In this document: positions 1 through 13,242 of the stretch, one piece after another
Position numbering within the stretch: position 1 is the first letter of the stretch
How the letters are laid out: the number at the start of each line of letters is the position of its first letter
From: Mobula hypostoma
Lineage: Eukaryota
NCBI RefSeq assembly: GCF_963921235.1
Contig: NC_086102.1
Coordinates: forward strand, 44,330,001 to 44,394,000
DNA: 64,000 bases
Direction of reading: 5' to 3'
Position numbers and translations under genes: made by a program
The notes under the pieces: model-generated
Databases searched by the model: none
Seen by the model: only the letters and a program-made list of their open reading frames with translations
What the model was told of the DNA's origin: nothing

Positions 1-1249
1 GCAGCAACAGTCTTAAAATTGGCTCAGATATTCACAAGATAGGAATGTGAAAAACCAGTCCCGGAGCCAGTTTAACTTTGACACTTACAAGAGTAAATGG
101 TACAACAATCATTGTCGAGGCTCACATGTGTGAGGTGTTACTTGGTCTGTCTTTGAAACTGAAGCACAAATAAATTTCTACAATACAAAAATTACAATGA
201 AACTTTTAAAAAAGTAAAATAAAGTTTTAAGCATCCCACAAATGCACAGGGGGAAGTTATTAATGCAATTACGTTGCACTAGTCAGGTTTGAAATCAGAT
301 GTAATACCAATGTTAGAAACAAGCTGCACTGTGTCACAGAATCCTGTTGTATTATGTGTGAAAATCATTATAATTAATTTGATAGAAAACAATTACAACT
401 TTAGTAAATGAAAGAAAGAACCAACAGTGAAAAATGGTATTTTTCAATATCGCTTTGGGAAGATATTAAATTAATTGGATTCTCTTCTGTGAAGTCTTTG
501 GAGATTAATTCTAAAAGAAAGGTCAACAGACAGTACATGCCACAAACTGCAGCAATTTGTACAGTGGAGGTAGGAGCAAGATTTTGTTCCACAATGAGAG
601 AGATAACTGCACGATAATTGTATTCAGCATTCTGCTTAACATAACAGCTAACATTTTCTTGGTTAAGTATCAAGGAAACTTGATCTTGGGTCAGATAAAA
701 ATTTAAAATGTAATATTAATGGATTTATGAATAATTTGTTAGACATGAAAATATAATTTTTATTAATTCAGATCCTAAACAGTTTTATATTAATTCACAA
801 GAAAAAATGGTGGAAACTATGGGCACGTTAGGAGTAGCTATCAAGAGAGATCGCATGGGTGAAATCAAAGATGTGAATGTATAAAACAGTAGTTGCAATG
901 ATCAAGGAGCTCAATAGCTGGGGGTGGAGCGCAGCGAAAAATGGTCAATATCAAGACTGATAAATGGTGAAAGGGATTACAAACCAGCCCATTTTTATTC
1001 CTACTGTCCTGGTTGGTTCCTAGATCCACGCATCTTATTCACTTTTACAGATTTTACACCCTTCCCTCTCCACTGGTTTAACAGTCAGCTTTTTTCATTT
1101 TCACACATTTTTCATATACGTCTTTTATTTCTTCATTCTTTGATCTCCACTTAACCATTTCAGGAATCGTTTCATTTCTTCTCATGTTTATTTGCTTGTA
1201 TTTCACCTCCCTATTACCTCTTGTTTTGTCTTTTCTGGCGAGTTGCTTG

Positions 1250-1635
1250 CTATGTCTCCCCTCTTGCGAAACGGGGACACCTCTTTCTCCCTTATTAGGG
1301 AGAGAGACAGAGAGAGCCTGTGGTATGTCGAATACCGGGTGAACGAGTAGTCTTTGGGGTACTGCAAGTCTGTGACTTTGTTGATGCTTTGCTGCACACT
1401 TGAGTGCTCCGTGGGGGGTGCCAATGTTTTTTTTCTGCTGGTGGGGGAGGGGGCATTGTTGCTTTGCTGTTGTTTACATGTGGGAGGGGGAGCTGGGGTG
1501 GGCTTTGGCGTTCTAACACTTAACTGTCATTCATTCTTTGGGCACACTCCTCTATTTTCGTGGATGGCTGCAAAGAAGAAGTATTTCAGGATGTCTATTG
1601 TATATGTTCTCCAACATTACATGTACCTTTGAAAC
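1250..1635 (+). mobile_element. Probable LINE 3'-UTR fragment
   Basis: GT-rich UTR-like segment ending ...acattacatgtacctttgaa, similar in style to the ...aataaatttactttgaactttgaa tail at about 21300. Family not determined. Confidence 0.4.
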
Positions 1636-1990
1636 TTTTGAATCCAGATTTGAAGGGAAGACTTCACTGTAATGCTGCCAAGAGGTCCCAGCAGTTCCTG
1701 GGAACTGGTTCATGCCCCATGAATGGAGAACCAGTTATTTGGGTCAAGAATCTAAAGATCCCATTGCGCAATCAACCTGATTCAATCTCACAAGACTGCC
1801 AAAGATTTTTAGGAATACATAGACCAGTGAAGATGGTACTTTCCAGAAAGCCTTCAGTAAGGTGTGGTTCTCAGCATTTCACGGTACTTTTGGAGTTTTC
1901 AAGGTAGGTGCGCAGTAAGAAAGTGTAAGATGAGCACAAACACCTCTTCCTGTCTAATGTGCAGATTAAAACTGGGTCTGTTCCTAGTTT

Positions 1991-2272
1991 GTGTGGCGCG
2001 TGGACAAGTGGTTAAGGCATCGGTCTACTGATCTGAAGGTTGCTAGTTTGAGCCTCAGCTGAGGCAGCGTGTTGTGTCCTTGAGCAAGGCACTTAACCAC
2101 ACATTGCTCTGTGGCGACACCAGTGCCAAGCTGTATGGGTTCTAGTGCCCTTCCCTTGGACAACATCAGTCGCACAGAGAGGGGAGACTTGCAGCATGGG
2201 CAACTGCTGATCTTCCATACAACCTTGCCCAGGTCTCAAGTCATCATCGAAAATCGATGGACAGCCGAAGAG
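1991..2272 (+). mobile_element. tRNA-derived SINE with CORE-like motif and RTE-like middle
   Basis: A-box-like tggacaagtgg, B-box-like agtttgagcc, CORE-like gtgtccttgagcaaggcacttaacc; 2114-2185 resembles 52612-52685. Confidence 0.7.
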
Positions 2273-2554
2273 AGAAAGAGTTCCTAGTTTTAGACATTGA
2301 CAGGGCCTGAGGATGAATTTGAGAGAACAAAAACCAGCTTTCAGGATTCTTTCATCTTTGTCACTAACTTCCTTGAATACATAAAGAGAAACATTCATGT
2401 GCACAAACCTGGGCGCAGAGTATTATTTCTTCAGGGCTAACAGGAGAAAGGTAGGAGAGTGGGGTTATTTAGGATGGTTGTTTCAAAAACCCAGATTAGG
2501 CACAATGAGTTAAGCAGTACCCTGAATTTTTAGGATTCCATGACGATCAACCCC

Positions 2555-3245
2555 TAATTGGAAGAACGGAGAGATCTTGGAATACAGATCCGTAATTCCT
2601 TGGAAGTGGTGTCCTGGGTAAGATGGTGCTGTAAGAAACGCTCTTGGCACAATGGCCTTCATAATCAATGTGATGAGTGCAGGAGTTTGTATGTTACTTG
2701 GAAATTGTATAAGATGTTGGTGAGGCCTAATTTGGAATATTGTGTGTAGTTTTGCTCACCTGTCTATAGGAAAGATGTAAATAAGATTGAAAGAGTACCG
2801 AGAAAATTTAAAAGGGTGTTACCTGGACTTGAGGACCTGAGTTATAGGGAAAGGCTGGATAGCTTAGGATTTTATTCCCTAGAACATAAAAATTGAGGGG
2901 AGATTTGTAGAAGGTATGCAAAAACATGAAGAATATAGATTGGGTAACTGTAAGCAGGTTTTTTCCACTGAAGTTGGGTGACACTAGAACTAGGGATCAT
3001 GGGTTAAGGATGAAAGGTGAAAAATTTAAGGGGAACTTCTTCACTCAGAGGGTGGTGAGTATGTAGAATGAATTGGTGGATGCAGGTTCGATTTCAATAC
3101 TTTAGAGAAATTTGTATAGGTACATGGACGGGAGGGGTATGGAGGGATATGATCCGGGTGCATATCGATAGAACTAGGCAGACTAATGGTCAGCATGGAG
3201 CTGATGGGCTGAAGGGTCTGTTTCTGTGCTGTTGTGGTCCATCAC
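2555..3245 (+). mobile_element. CR1 LINE 3' fragment
   Basis: RDLGIQIRNSLEV and LYKMLVRPNLEYCV motifs (RT C-terminus), then the CR1 3' end gggctgaagggtctgtttctgtgctg. Confidence 0.85.
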
Positions 3246-5149
3246 TCTATCATTAAGTATCAGCAAGGGACATTAGGAGAGGCAGCACAAACCAGTGGAC
3301 ACAAATCTAAAAATTACACAGGAACTGGGAGATCAAAGGTCTTGTGTGCATTATTATACGTTGTACAGTATGCGAAGGGGCAAATTGACAAAGTGTTTCA
3401 GAGACAGTATGTATTTTGGGCTTTACAGAGAGAGGCATACAGTGTGAGAGCCAGGAAGACATGATGAACCTTCATAAAACACCGATTCACCCCAATTAGA
3501 GCATGTGTCCAGTTCTGTGTGGGAAAGATATTTCGAAGGAGAAAGGGGTTAGTAGTTGATTCTGGGGATAACTTTAGATACACTGTTAAATGAGAGAAGC
3601 TGGGGTCGTTAGTTTTCAAACAAAGAAATGGATCTGATAAAGATATTTGAAATTATGAAAGATCTAGGCAAACCAAAGGAGAGAAATCATTCCTCTTGTG
3701 CAAGGAAATAATGTCTGGTGAGGCACTATGAATGGCTCAAAGTTGAACATTCATTGCTCCTGACACACAGAGACTATACTTACTGCTGAGATGCAACCTC
3801 AAGAATATTACTGGTCATAAGCAAGAGTCAATTCTTCTCACAATAATCTGAATAAAGTCAATTCTCATCTCAAGGGACAGTGACATTTCAGATGAGATGA
3901 TGGAGATGGAAAGAAGGAGAAAGAGATATAATGTTTAAATTATGGATTGAGTGACAGGGAGTTCGACCATGACTGATAGCATTGAAATTCATAATGTCCT
4001 TCAAAGCTGGTAAGAAGCTTCACCAATGTAGCATGAAGAGGGAGACAACGGGCACTTAGCTGATGTAACAAAACGATCTGTGAACTGAACCATGATGACA
4101 ATATGACAGAATTATGTTTTGAGGCAAACTGTACTTTATGTCTAGAAGTAAACGCAGGTTTACAAAATATCAACAATCATAGTGTGAGGGCTCAGTAGTT
4201 TACCCAATGAGTCATGCTGAGTTAGTTGGTCAGAAGCAGTGTTGAGGTGAGAATTCTGCCTGATATCGCTGGCTTAATTCGTCTTGACTTCTAATTCAAA
4301 ACGCTGTGGAGTCAAGGCTGATATTGTGGTGCTGTAGTGAGGGAGTCAAAGTCATTGTCAGAGTACTATCAAGGAAGAGTAGGCCAATTATTTCCAGTGC
4401 TCTGGCCAGTGTTATCGGTCAATCACTGAAAATAAACCAAACTAACATTGCCGCTTGCAGGTTTGCTGGTTGAAAATTGACTGCCGTGGTTTCAACCTTA
4501 AAAATGATGACAGTTCAAAAACGCATCAGCATCCAGATTCTACTGGAAATCAACGTTCAAAATAAATATATTATCAAAGTACATACATGTCAGCATATAC
4601 AGTACGACCTCAATACATCTTCTTGCAGTCTTTCACAGAAAAACAATGAACTGCAATAGATCAATAAAAGAACTAAGGCTGACAAACAACCAATGTGCAC
4701 CTGGTATGTTTCGGAAAATATGATCGTGCAACACTTAATTGTGTCCCTGGGCAAGACACCTAGAGCCTGTGAACTATCTCAGTAATTGCTAATTCTCAGA
4801 GAGAGAAGGCTGTTAAAATGACAATAAAAACTAAAATGTCTTTTGTTAAATATGATGCATTCAGTGAAAACATGTATGTGAAATGTAACTGGAGCACAAT
4901 GCAGAGCTCTGTGGTATTAAAAGCTTACAATTATTAGCAGAAAATGTACGGCCTAAAGGATTGGTCACATTAGACAATCCAAATATTCTTAGCTGCAGAA
5001 TGTTAGTAAGACAGGAGATAGATGATTTAGAAAGTTGAATAGCCCATACTGCACAACAAATAGACAGGGTGCCTGAAAGACGAGACTGCAAACATATTCT
5101 ATGCTTACTAAGTAGTTCTGTAAATGAATAAGGCAGCCAAGGCACTTAC

Positions 5150-5551
5150 CTGGAGGTTTAACCTTCACCTCCAGAATATTTGAAGATTTACTGATTTTCA
5201 TCATCCACCGGTCCATTTGATTTTGATGCCACAGTTCTGCGATGCATTCGTACTTTCCTGCCTCCAAGTTACTGGCTTTAGAGACAGCCAGGCGGATGTT
5301 GTTGGACGATGTCTTTATTATCGTGGTTTTGCTTTTAAAATGAGCTGCCTTCTCTCCCCATGTGATAGAAGTGTCACGGCCAAATGTGATGATGTCATAG
5401 CTGTTGGAAGATTCATTAGGCTGGAATTTCCACTTTACAGATACTAACACTCGAGGTGGATAGTTAGGCTTGATGAAACACTGGAGTTCAAACGTGTTGT
5501 TGTAGATCACCAAAGGTGTTCGCGTTATTGCAGTAACACTGAAACCAGTTT
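5150..5551 (-). CDS. IGSF3: IGSF3-like internal exon, Ig domain 5
   Basis: Acceptor cactttttttgattacag|AAACTGGT and donor CCTCCAG|gtaagt; 402 nt, phase 1/1. ETGFSVTAITRTP...FELQCFIKPNYP...SNNIRLAVSKASNLEAGKYECIAELW closely parallels IGSF3 D5 (EMGFAVTAISRTP...SNNVRLSISRASDTEAGKYQCVAELW). Confidence 0.94.
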
Positions 5552-6062
5552 CTGTAATCAAAAAAAGTGATTGTGTCAACTTCCATCATATTACAATCAA
5601 AACAGACCGTGGTAAGAAATTCAAAACTGCGCATAAGAGATTATAAATCCACAGATTACACTCACTTCCACAGCCTTGCGTCAGATGAAATTAATGTGAA
5701 TGCGACTAGAACTGATGGAGAACAAGGCTGTGAGTGTTTAGTGCTGGAAATCAAAGGATCATTTCTTTCCTTTCAAACCACAAAAGGTTAACAAGATCTT
5801 TTGCCTGTTCTCTCCAAAACCCCTCATCCACATCTTCCTGAAAGCACCCACATGTACGTTCTCTTGGCTGTGTAATCATTCTTCATACTTACACCTAGTC
5901 AGAATATTTGACTGTGGCTAGTCCTCAGATAGGCCTGGGTATGTACTAAATCAGCAAGTCTGAAACGCACTTTTCCTTTTTCAGTTATATTACTTGGGGC
6001 CCAGAGATTATATTTACCAGATTTCATTATTCTCACTACTATCCTTCCCACACATTCCTACC

Positions 6063-6282
6063 TGTTATATATATTAGATACTTCAGTAATATTGTACAAA
6101 TATTGTTTGTTTTAAATAATTCATTACTGGTTATATGTAAAAGTATGTGAATGGCATACATCATTACAACACTACATCTGTTGTACACGCCTCACTAAAG
6201 AAACTACGTACACAAGTTTATTCCTGGTCACCCGTGTTTTTCTTTCAAGTAGTTTTATGTTTTGCAGTTACAAAACTTAACA
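6063..6282 (+). repeat. Gypsy 5' LTR
   Basis: TG...CA ends (tgttatat...caaaacttaaca), followed by PBS-like gtgccgacaagg; aligns with 11320-11562. Confidence 0.8.
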
Positions 6283-9200
6283 GTGCCGACAAGGAAGTTT
6301 TAAATGAACCCAAGATGATTACTTACCTGTTGCAGCACAGTGAGACATTTGAGTTTAAAAAAAAAGAGCAGTGAGACATTCTAGTTTCAAAAAACACAGC
6401 ACGTGCATCTTTGGGAAGGGACATAGATGGATAAGTTAAAAAAGGTAGAAACGGACAGAATTCATGGGTTCATTAACAAAGAGTACTGGGTGATAATGAT
6501 CATAAAGTAAAAATAAATCAGAAATGACTGGCTACATTGGAAAGATAGACATGTTCGATTGCACAAATAATAATTGGATATTGTATACTGAGTGAATTGA
6601 GCTGTATTTTGAAGCAAATGAAGTAGCCAATGAAAAGGAAGTGCCAATTTTGCTGAGTGCATTAGGTGGAAAGGCATATGGTTTGCTCAGAAGTTTGTCT
6701 GTTCCAATCAAACCAGCCAAACTGAGCTTTGCTGATTTCATGAAAGTAATGCAGGAACATTTAGAACCCAAATCATCATTGATTGTAGAACACTTCAGGT
6801 TTCACAAGCAGAATAAAAAGGAAGGGGAGTCCATTTCAGCTTACATAGTGATGGCCTTAATGATGCATTGACAGATCGGTTAGTTTGTGGAATCTTGCAA
6901 GAAAGCATAAAAAATGGCTCCTAACTGAAGCACAACTCATTTAAAAGAATGGTTGAAATTGCTATATCTATGGAAACAGCAAACAGCGATGCAATTGAAT
7001 TGCAGTCATAAATGGAAGTGAGTGAGAACAAAATTGCAATGTCTAAACGAAACCTGCCTGGCCCAACAAATCGTATTACCATTGTGGCAGGGGCTCACAT
7101 ACAGCAGACCAATGCAGGTTTAAAGGCAAAACTTACAGAAAATGTAACAATGTAGGACACATACAAAGAGCATGCCCAGCAGACAAAAGTAAATGGACTG
7201 CACAGGGAAGAAAAAAAGATTTAAAAAGTCAAGTTGTGATTTCAAAAAGAGCTCTAATCTACACGATGTTGATGAAAAACCTGATAATGTGTGTGACAAA
7301 GGACTGAATAGCCTTGAGATTTACAATATGAACACTAACAATAGACAAGCAATATGGCTTACACGAGAAGTGAATGACAAATTAACTAAAATAGAATTAG
7401 ACACTGGCTCAGCTGTTTCAGTCATTCCATAAGATGAGTTTGAATGGCATGTCTGAACTAAATCCTGCAGATATCCAACTAAGAAATTATTTTGGGGAAA
7501 AGAGTATGACATTCGTAACAATGAAATACAACCACCAACATGCCACATTGGGCTTTAATGTGGTAAAAACATGAGGGTCAGCACTGTAGGGTCGTGACTG
7601 GCAGAGAGAACTACAACTTGATTGGAGATCCATCCATCATTTACATGCCACATCCCCTGCAATAGAGTCAACTGAAAGTGAATTAAGTACTGGATGATGC
7701 CACAGCAGTGTTCAAGGATGGCACTGGAAAACTCAAACATCTCGAGGGTAAAATAGAGTTGAATAAAAATGTCACACCCAAGTTTTACAAAGCCTGTCCA
7801 GTTCCTTATACCATGTGTGATAATGTAGCCAGTAAGCTACTACAGATCACCTGATGGATGAAGGAATTCCTTCCAAGGTTGAGTGGAGCCCATGGGCAAT
7901 GCCAATGGTTCCAGAGGCTGAGTAAAATGGGCCTGCCAGGATCTGTGGTGATTTTAAGGTTATCATCAACCCAGTACTGAAAGTAAATCAATACTCTCTG
8001 CCAGGGTAGAGGATATCTTTGAAAATCTTCCTGGAGGAAAATAGTTCAATGAAGTGGACCAAGCTGAGGTTTTCTTACAGATGGAAATGGAGGAACAGTC
8101 CAAAGTGTTTCCCATCATGAACACTCACAAAGGGCTTTATTGCTATGAAAGGCTTATTTTTGGAGTAACATCCACACCTGCACTCTGGCAGAAAGCTATG
8201 GTCTAGGTACTGCAAGGCTGTCCAGGTACTCAGTGTCACCTGGATGACACCATTGTTACTCGTGAGGATGACAAGGAACATCTCCAAAATCTCAAGACAG
8301 TGTTACAAGAATTAGAAAATTATGCACTCAGAGCACAGCCCAGCAACTCTTTAAACCAAGTGTCATACAGTTGACACACTAGAATGCACAAGTGTGCTGA
8401 GAAAAATTTAAGCAGTGGTGGATGCCCCAATGCTACAAGACATGTCAGAGTTCCAATGGACAAAGCAGTCCGAGATGGCCTTTTGAAAAGGTAAAGGAAA
8501 TGGTGACGTCAGACATTATGATCCACATTGTCCAGTGAAGCTTACCTGTGATGCGTCGCCCTACGGTATACATGCAGTCATGTCACATGTTATGAGTGGG
8601 AGAAATGAACGCCCCATAGCTTTTGTATTGCACTCCCTTAGTGCAGCAGAGGAAAATTTAACACAGATTGACAGAATGCCCTTGAGTCTGGTTTGGGCTG
8701 TAAAACATTTCAACCAGTACTTGTACGGGAGAGCTTACCCTCTTCACTGATCATCAACCACTAGTGTCCATTTTCAATCGATGGAATGGTGTTCCATTAA
8801 CAGCAGCAGCACGAGTGCAGAGATGGACTCCGTTTTTTGGAGGACACAATTACAAGTTCAAGTTCAAGAGGACAACTAATCCTGGAAATGCTGATGGATT
8901 GTTCCATTTACCCTTGGAAAAGGAATTAGCCGAAACTTTACAAAAAAGGACACTCCCCTTGATGTATTCTCCCTAACACAAACCGATAGTGTCCCTATGG
9001 GAGAGCTGATCCAAAAGAAAATCAGAAGACACCCCATAACTGTCTGAGGTCTATATGGCCACCTGAAATGACCTGAATATTTCCCCCACTTTTACTAGCG
9101 CCGGGACAAACTTGCCCTTGACAGAGGTTTCCTTATGTAGGGATTGGGAGTTGTTGTATCATACAAGCTAAGAGCTAAAGTGTTAAGGGAAGTTACAAGC

Positions 9201-9547
9201 TGGTCATCTAGGCATAGTTACAATGAAAGCATTGGCTCAAAACTTTGTCTGGTGGCCTGGGATAGATCAGCAGGTCAAGCAGCTTGCCAAGCACTGTTCA
9301 GGATGCCAACATTTCTGGAAGGTGCCAAGAACAGTGCCTCTTCATCCCTGGGAATGGCTTGCATTGCCCTGGCAGAGGATTCATATAGATTTTGCCAGAC
9401 CGTCATGGGCACAAATTTTTTGTAGTAGTGGAATCAGGCACAAAGAGGCCAGAAGTATTCCCAATGGCCTCCAATACAGCCTCACACAACGTTGGTGTAT
9501 TGAGAAGTCTCCTTTCAAGGACTGGTGTTTCAGAACACTTAACCAGT

Positions 9548-10456
9548 TACTTCACTTTATTGTCACCAAATAATTGATACTAGAGTGTACAATCATCACA
9601 GTGATATTTGATTCTGTGCTTCACGTTCCCTGGATTACAAATCGATAGCAAATATTAAAAATTTAAATTATAAATCATAAATAGAAAATACAAAAGGGAA
9701 AGTAAGGAAGCGCAAAAAAAAAACGAGAAACAGGTCCAGATATTTGGAGGTTACAGCCCAGATCCAGGTCAGGATCCGTTCAGATGGAAAGAAGCTGTTC
9801 CCAAATCTGGCCGTACAGGTCTTCAAGATCCTGAGCCTTCTCCCCGAGGGAAGAGGGACAAAAAGTGCATTGGCTGGGAGGGTCGTGTCCTTGATTATCC
9901 TGGCAGCACTGCTCCAACAGCGCGTGGTGTAAAGTGAGTCCAAGGACGGAAGATTGGTTTGTGTGATGTGCTGTGCCGTGTTCACGATCTTCTGCAGCTT
10001 CTTCCAGTCTTGGATAGGACAACTTCCATACCAGGTTGTGATGCACCCTAGAAGAATGCTTTCTACGGTGCATCTATAAAAATTAGTGAGGGTTTTAGGG
10101 GACAGGCCAAATTTCTTTAGCTTTCTCAGGCAGTAAAGGCACTGGTAGGCCTTTTTGGCAGTGGACTCTGCTTGGTTGGACCAAGTCAGGTCATTTGTGA
10201 TATTGACCCTGAGGAACTTAAAGCTTTTGACCTGTTCCACTTGCGCACCACCGATGTAAATCGGGTTGTATGGTCCGCTACTCCTTCTGAAGTCAACAAC
10301 CAATTCCTTCGTCTTGCAGATGTTGAGGGATAGGTTATTGTCTTCGCACCATGCCACCAGGTTCTTAATTTCCTCTCTGTACTCAAACTCATCATTACCC
10401 GAGATGCGGCCTACAGTTGTTGCGTCATCAGCAAACTTATATATTGAGTTCGATGG
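9548..10456 (-). mobile_element. 5'-truncated Rex/Babar-type LINE nested in the Gypsy integrase
   Basis: 229-aa ORF (WCEDNNLSLNICKTKELVVDFRR...FYRCTVESIL); 7-bp TSD AACCAGT at 9541-9547 and 10457-10463. Confidence 0.92.
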
Positions 10457-11319
10457 AACCAGTGATAATGGACCACAGTTTGTTGTGAAACAGTTTCAGC
10501 CACTCCTGAAAATGAATGGAATAAGACAAATTACATCGGCATCATACCACTCAGCTACAAATGGTTTGGTGGAAAGGTTTGTCCAGAGTCTGAAGAACAC
10601 ACAGTGAGCAATGCCAGCAGAACACATTACACTGACACTGAATCAGAAGCTTGCTAATTTCCTCCTTGCATATTACAACCTAGCACACACCACAGCCCAC
10701 AATTCACCAGCCATGCTGTTCCTGGGTTGTCCCTTGCACTCATGCTTGGATCTCCTCAAACCCAATCTCAGAAGGAGTGTGCAGGACAAACAGCGGAGAC
10801 AAATTGAGGGCTCCTCAAACAAGGAGGTTCGATGTTTCATTCCTGGACAAGCAGCCCTGGTGATGGACTACAGAGGTGATTAAAAATGGGTATTGGGAAA
10901 GGTTACGGACAGAACTGGACCACTCTCCTACACAGCAGAGAATGTGTTTGGTATCATCTGGAGACGACACATCAATCAGCTGTGGAGAGCAGGATCCACT
11001 GTTAGAGAAGAAAGATGCCCAGAGCTGTCAGAACCACTTCCTGCAGTCCCAGAGTCAACTCCTACAACCTCAATGCAGGAGGACCCAGAACCTGAGATTG
11101 TTTCAAAGCCACAAGTCTCACCTGCCAAGCAGAGTGAGCCCCATCCTCGTCAGGAAAGATGTTATCCCACAAGAGTAAGAAATCCTTTAATCCTGAATGG
11201 GGTAATTTAAAATTTACTGTACTGTGTATGGCTACATAGTAGTTGTACTAATACCATTATATATTTAAACTGAGATGCATTCTGTACTGAGTTGGAGTTT
11301 ATAGCTAAGTAGGGAGGTG

Positions 11320-11562
11320 TGCTGTGTAATATTTCAGTAATATTTGAGTAATATTGTAAAATATGTTGTTTGATTAAACATTGATTGTTGTTACATAAAA
11401 CATTACGGGTTACATCTAAAAGTACTTGAGTAGCTCATGACATAATGCCATAACCTCTCATGTGCTCATCTTACTAGAAGTAAAGTGAAACTAGACACGT
11501 TATTCCCAGCTCCGTGATTTTCTTTCGATTACTTTTACGTTTTGGAGCTACAAAACACAACA
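11320..11562 (+). repeat. Gypsy 3' LTR
   Basis: Follows the PPT; tgctgtgt...caaaacacaaca; 3' half aligns with the 5' LTR at roughly 70% by eye. Confidence 0.8.
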
Positions 11563-12090
11563 CCAACCACTGCTTGGAACCTCAAGGAAAATTCACAGCT
11601 GGTTATGAAACAGCTGACAATGAGGTCGGCAAAATAATCACCAGGAGTTTCCTATACTAACTTTTGTTAATCACTGTTGGCCAATACTTCCTGCTAGGTT
11701 TTTATGTGACAAAAAGGTATGTATATTTGTGATAAACTATGTATTAGTTCCTGAAAAAGTTCGCCACTGTGTGCTTGTCATCATCATAATGTAGTCAACT
11801 CTGTAAAACTTGGTTTGTTTTGATTAGATTTCAGATTAATCAGAGTCATTTCCATCTTTTTTTTTTAAGTTCTATCATATTATTGTTTCCTCTTCTAAAG
11901 GGAGCTTACCTGCATAATTATCAGTTAACCAATTGTCATTGCTTAATACCAAAATAGTCTGCTCCCAAGTCAACACAATGATCTAGAAAATCTAGGTATA
12001 ATCAAAACAGTTTAACTTTTGACAATCAGGCACTAACTAGAGGAAAGGACAGAAAGTCTTCTGTTCTTGGGTTTTGGCGCAGGCACTTAC

Positions 12091-12492
12091 CAAGGGGAGT
12101 AACCACTGCTACAGTGCGAGCAGATTGTTTTCCAATTCGCTGCCAGTCTCCAACCATATTTGTGATCCACTCAGCCACTGTACAAACGTACACTCCGTCA
12201 TCTGATACTGCTGCGTTGTGGAGTTGGAGCATGAAGGAACCTGGCTGCTGTTTGACCAACCTGAGGTCTCCGCTAGCGCCACGCTTCTGATAGAACGTAT
12301 TCGTAACTTGAGTCCCATCCTGGTGCAGGCTGATGATATCCCTGGCCTGTCCCCGTTTGCTTATTAACTGCCAGGTGACAGAGAGACGACTGTGATTTCT
12401 GATTAGTGAATGGATGTTGCAGAAAAACTGAAGCATCTCACCCTCCAAAACCTTGGTGGTGTTACTGGTAACGGTGACATCCAAACTACTTT
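12091..12492 (-). CDS. IGSF3: IGSF3-like internal exon, Ig domain 4
   Basis: Acceptor ttttgtcttctacag|AAAGTAGT and donor CCCCTTG|gtaagt; 402 nt, phase 1/1. KSSLDVTVTSNTTKVLEGEMLQFFC...VTWQL...DDGVYVCTVAEW, a V-type Ig fold like IGSF3 D4. Confidence 0.92.
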
Positions 12493-12544
12493 CTGTAGAA
12501 GACAAAATGCCATTAGTACAACTGGTAGTTTCATAGAATGATAA

Positions 12545-13150
12545 CTAAGAAGGTACAAGGATAAGAAATGGAACAGGAACAGCAGCAGGCCAACAAGCAC
12601 TATGAACCTTCTCTAACATATATTATGATCATGGCTGACCTATTACCTCAGCATCACTTTCTAGCCTTATCCCCAAATCCCCTTAAAATTCAAAAATTTA
12701 TCAATCTGCTTTGTGATGAGCACAACGGTTGATTCTCCATGGCCCCTCAGGATAATGAATTCTAATAGATTACCAACCCTGGAGTGAAGAACAATTTCCT
12801 CATCTCACTCATAATACACCAATTTTGAAACTATGGTCAACAGCCCTAATTTTTCCCTGCATCAAGTCTGTCAAATTCTTCAAGAACTGTGTGTTTCAGT
12901 GAGGTCCCTCTCATTCTTCCCAAACTTTAGAGAACACAGGCTACTCAGTCTTTCCTCACAAATCCTACCTCCCTCCCCCATACTTCGAATCAATCTACTG
13001 AATCTTTGTTGCACTCCCTCCACGCCATGCTCATCCTTTCTGAGGTAAGGTGGCCGAAAAAGAACACTATACTCTTGGTCCAGTCTCACCAGAGGCCTTG
13101 TACAATTGCAGTTTGACTTCCCTACCCCAGTAATCAAATCCTCTTCTAAT
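12545..13150 (-). mobile_element. Degraded CR1 3' fragments
   Basis: Reverse CR1 UTR (atcatggctgacc...) and the ORF 12880-13137 motif EGVQQRFSRLI. Confidence 0.7.
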
Positions 13151-13242
13151 AAAGGCTTTGGAAGATGATAACCATAGCATTCATTATCTCAAAAGCAACC
13201 TCTTTCAAAACACTGTGATTTCAAACTGACTGAAGCGGCAAA

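Larger units (their letters stand above)
6063..11562 (+). mobile_element. Degenerate Ty3/Gypsy LTR retrotransposon (LTR-gag-pol-LTR)
   Basis: gag from ATG 6524 (MTGYIGKIDMF...PILLSALGGKAY); two decayed CCHC knuckles at about 7070-7175; protease LDTGSAVSV at about 7400; RT at about 7800-8350; RNase H LTCDASPYG at about 8535; integrase WWPGID...WQRIHIDFA...SDNGPQF; PPT aagtagggagg before the 3' LTR. Many stops and frameshifts. Confidence 0.92.

Noticed and set aside
4989-5149. Hydrophobic 53-aa read-through tail after the D5 exon (possible TM or GPI signal)
   Set aside because: A strong G|gtaagt donor is present, and T-rich intron frames are hydrophobic by default; no further support.
1-5149. 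IGSF3 domain-6 exon
   Set aside because: No Ig-like open frame with matching splice sites found; it presumably lies left of the window.
6058-11567. TSD for the Gypsy provirus
   Set aside because: Flanks ctacc and ccaac do not match well enough to call.
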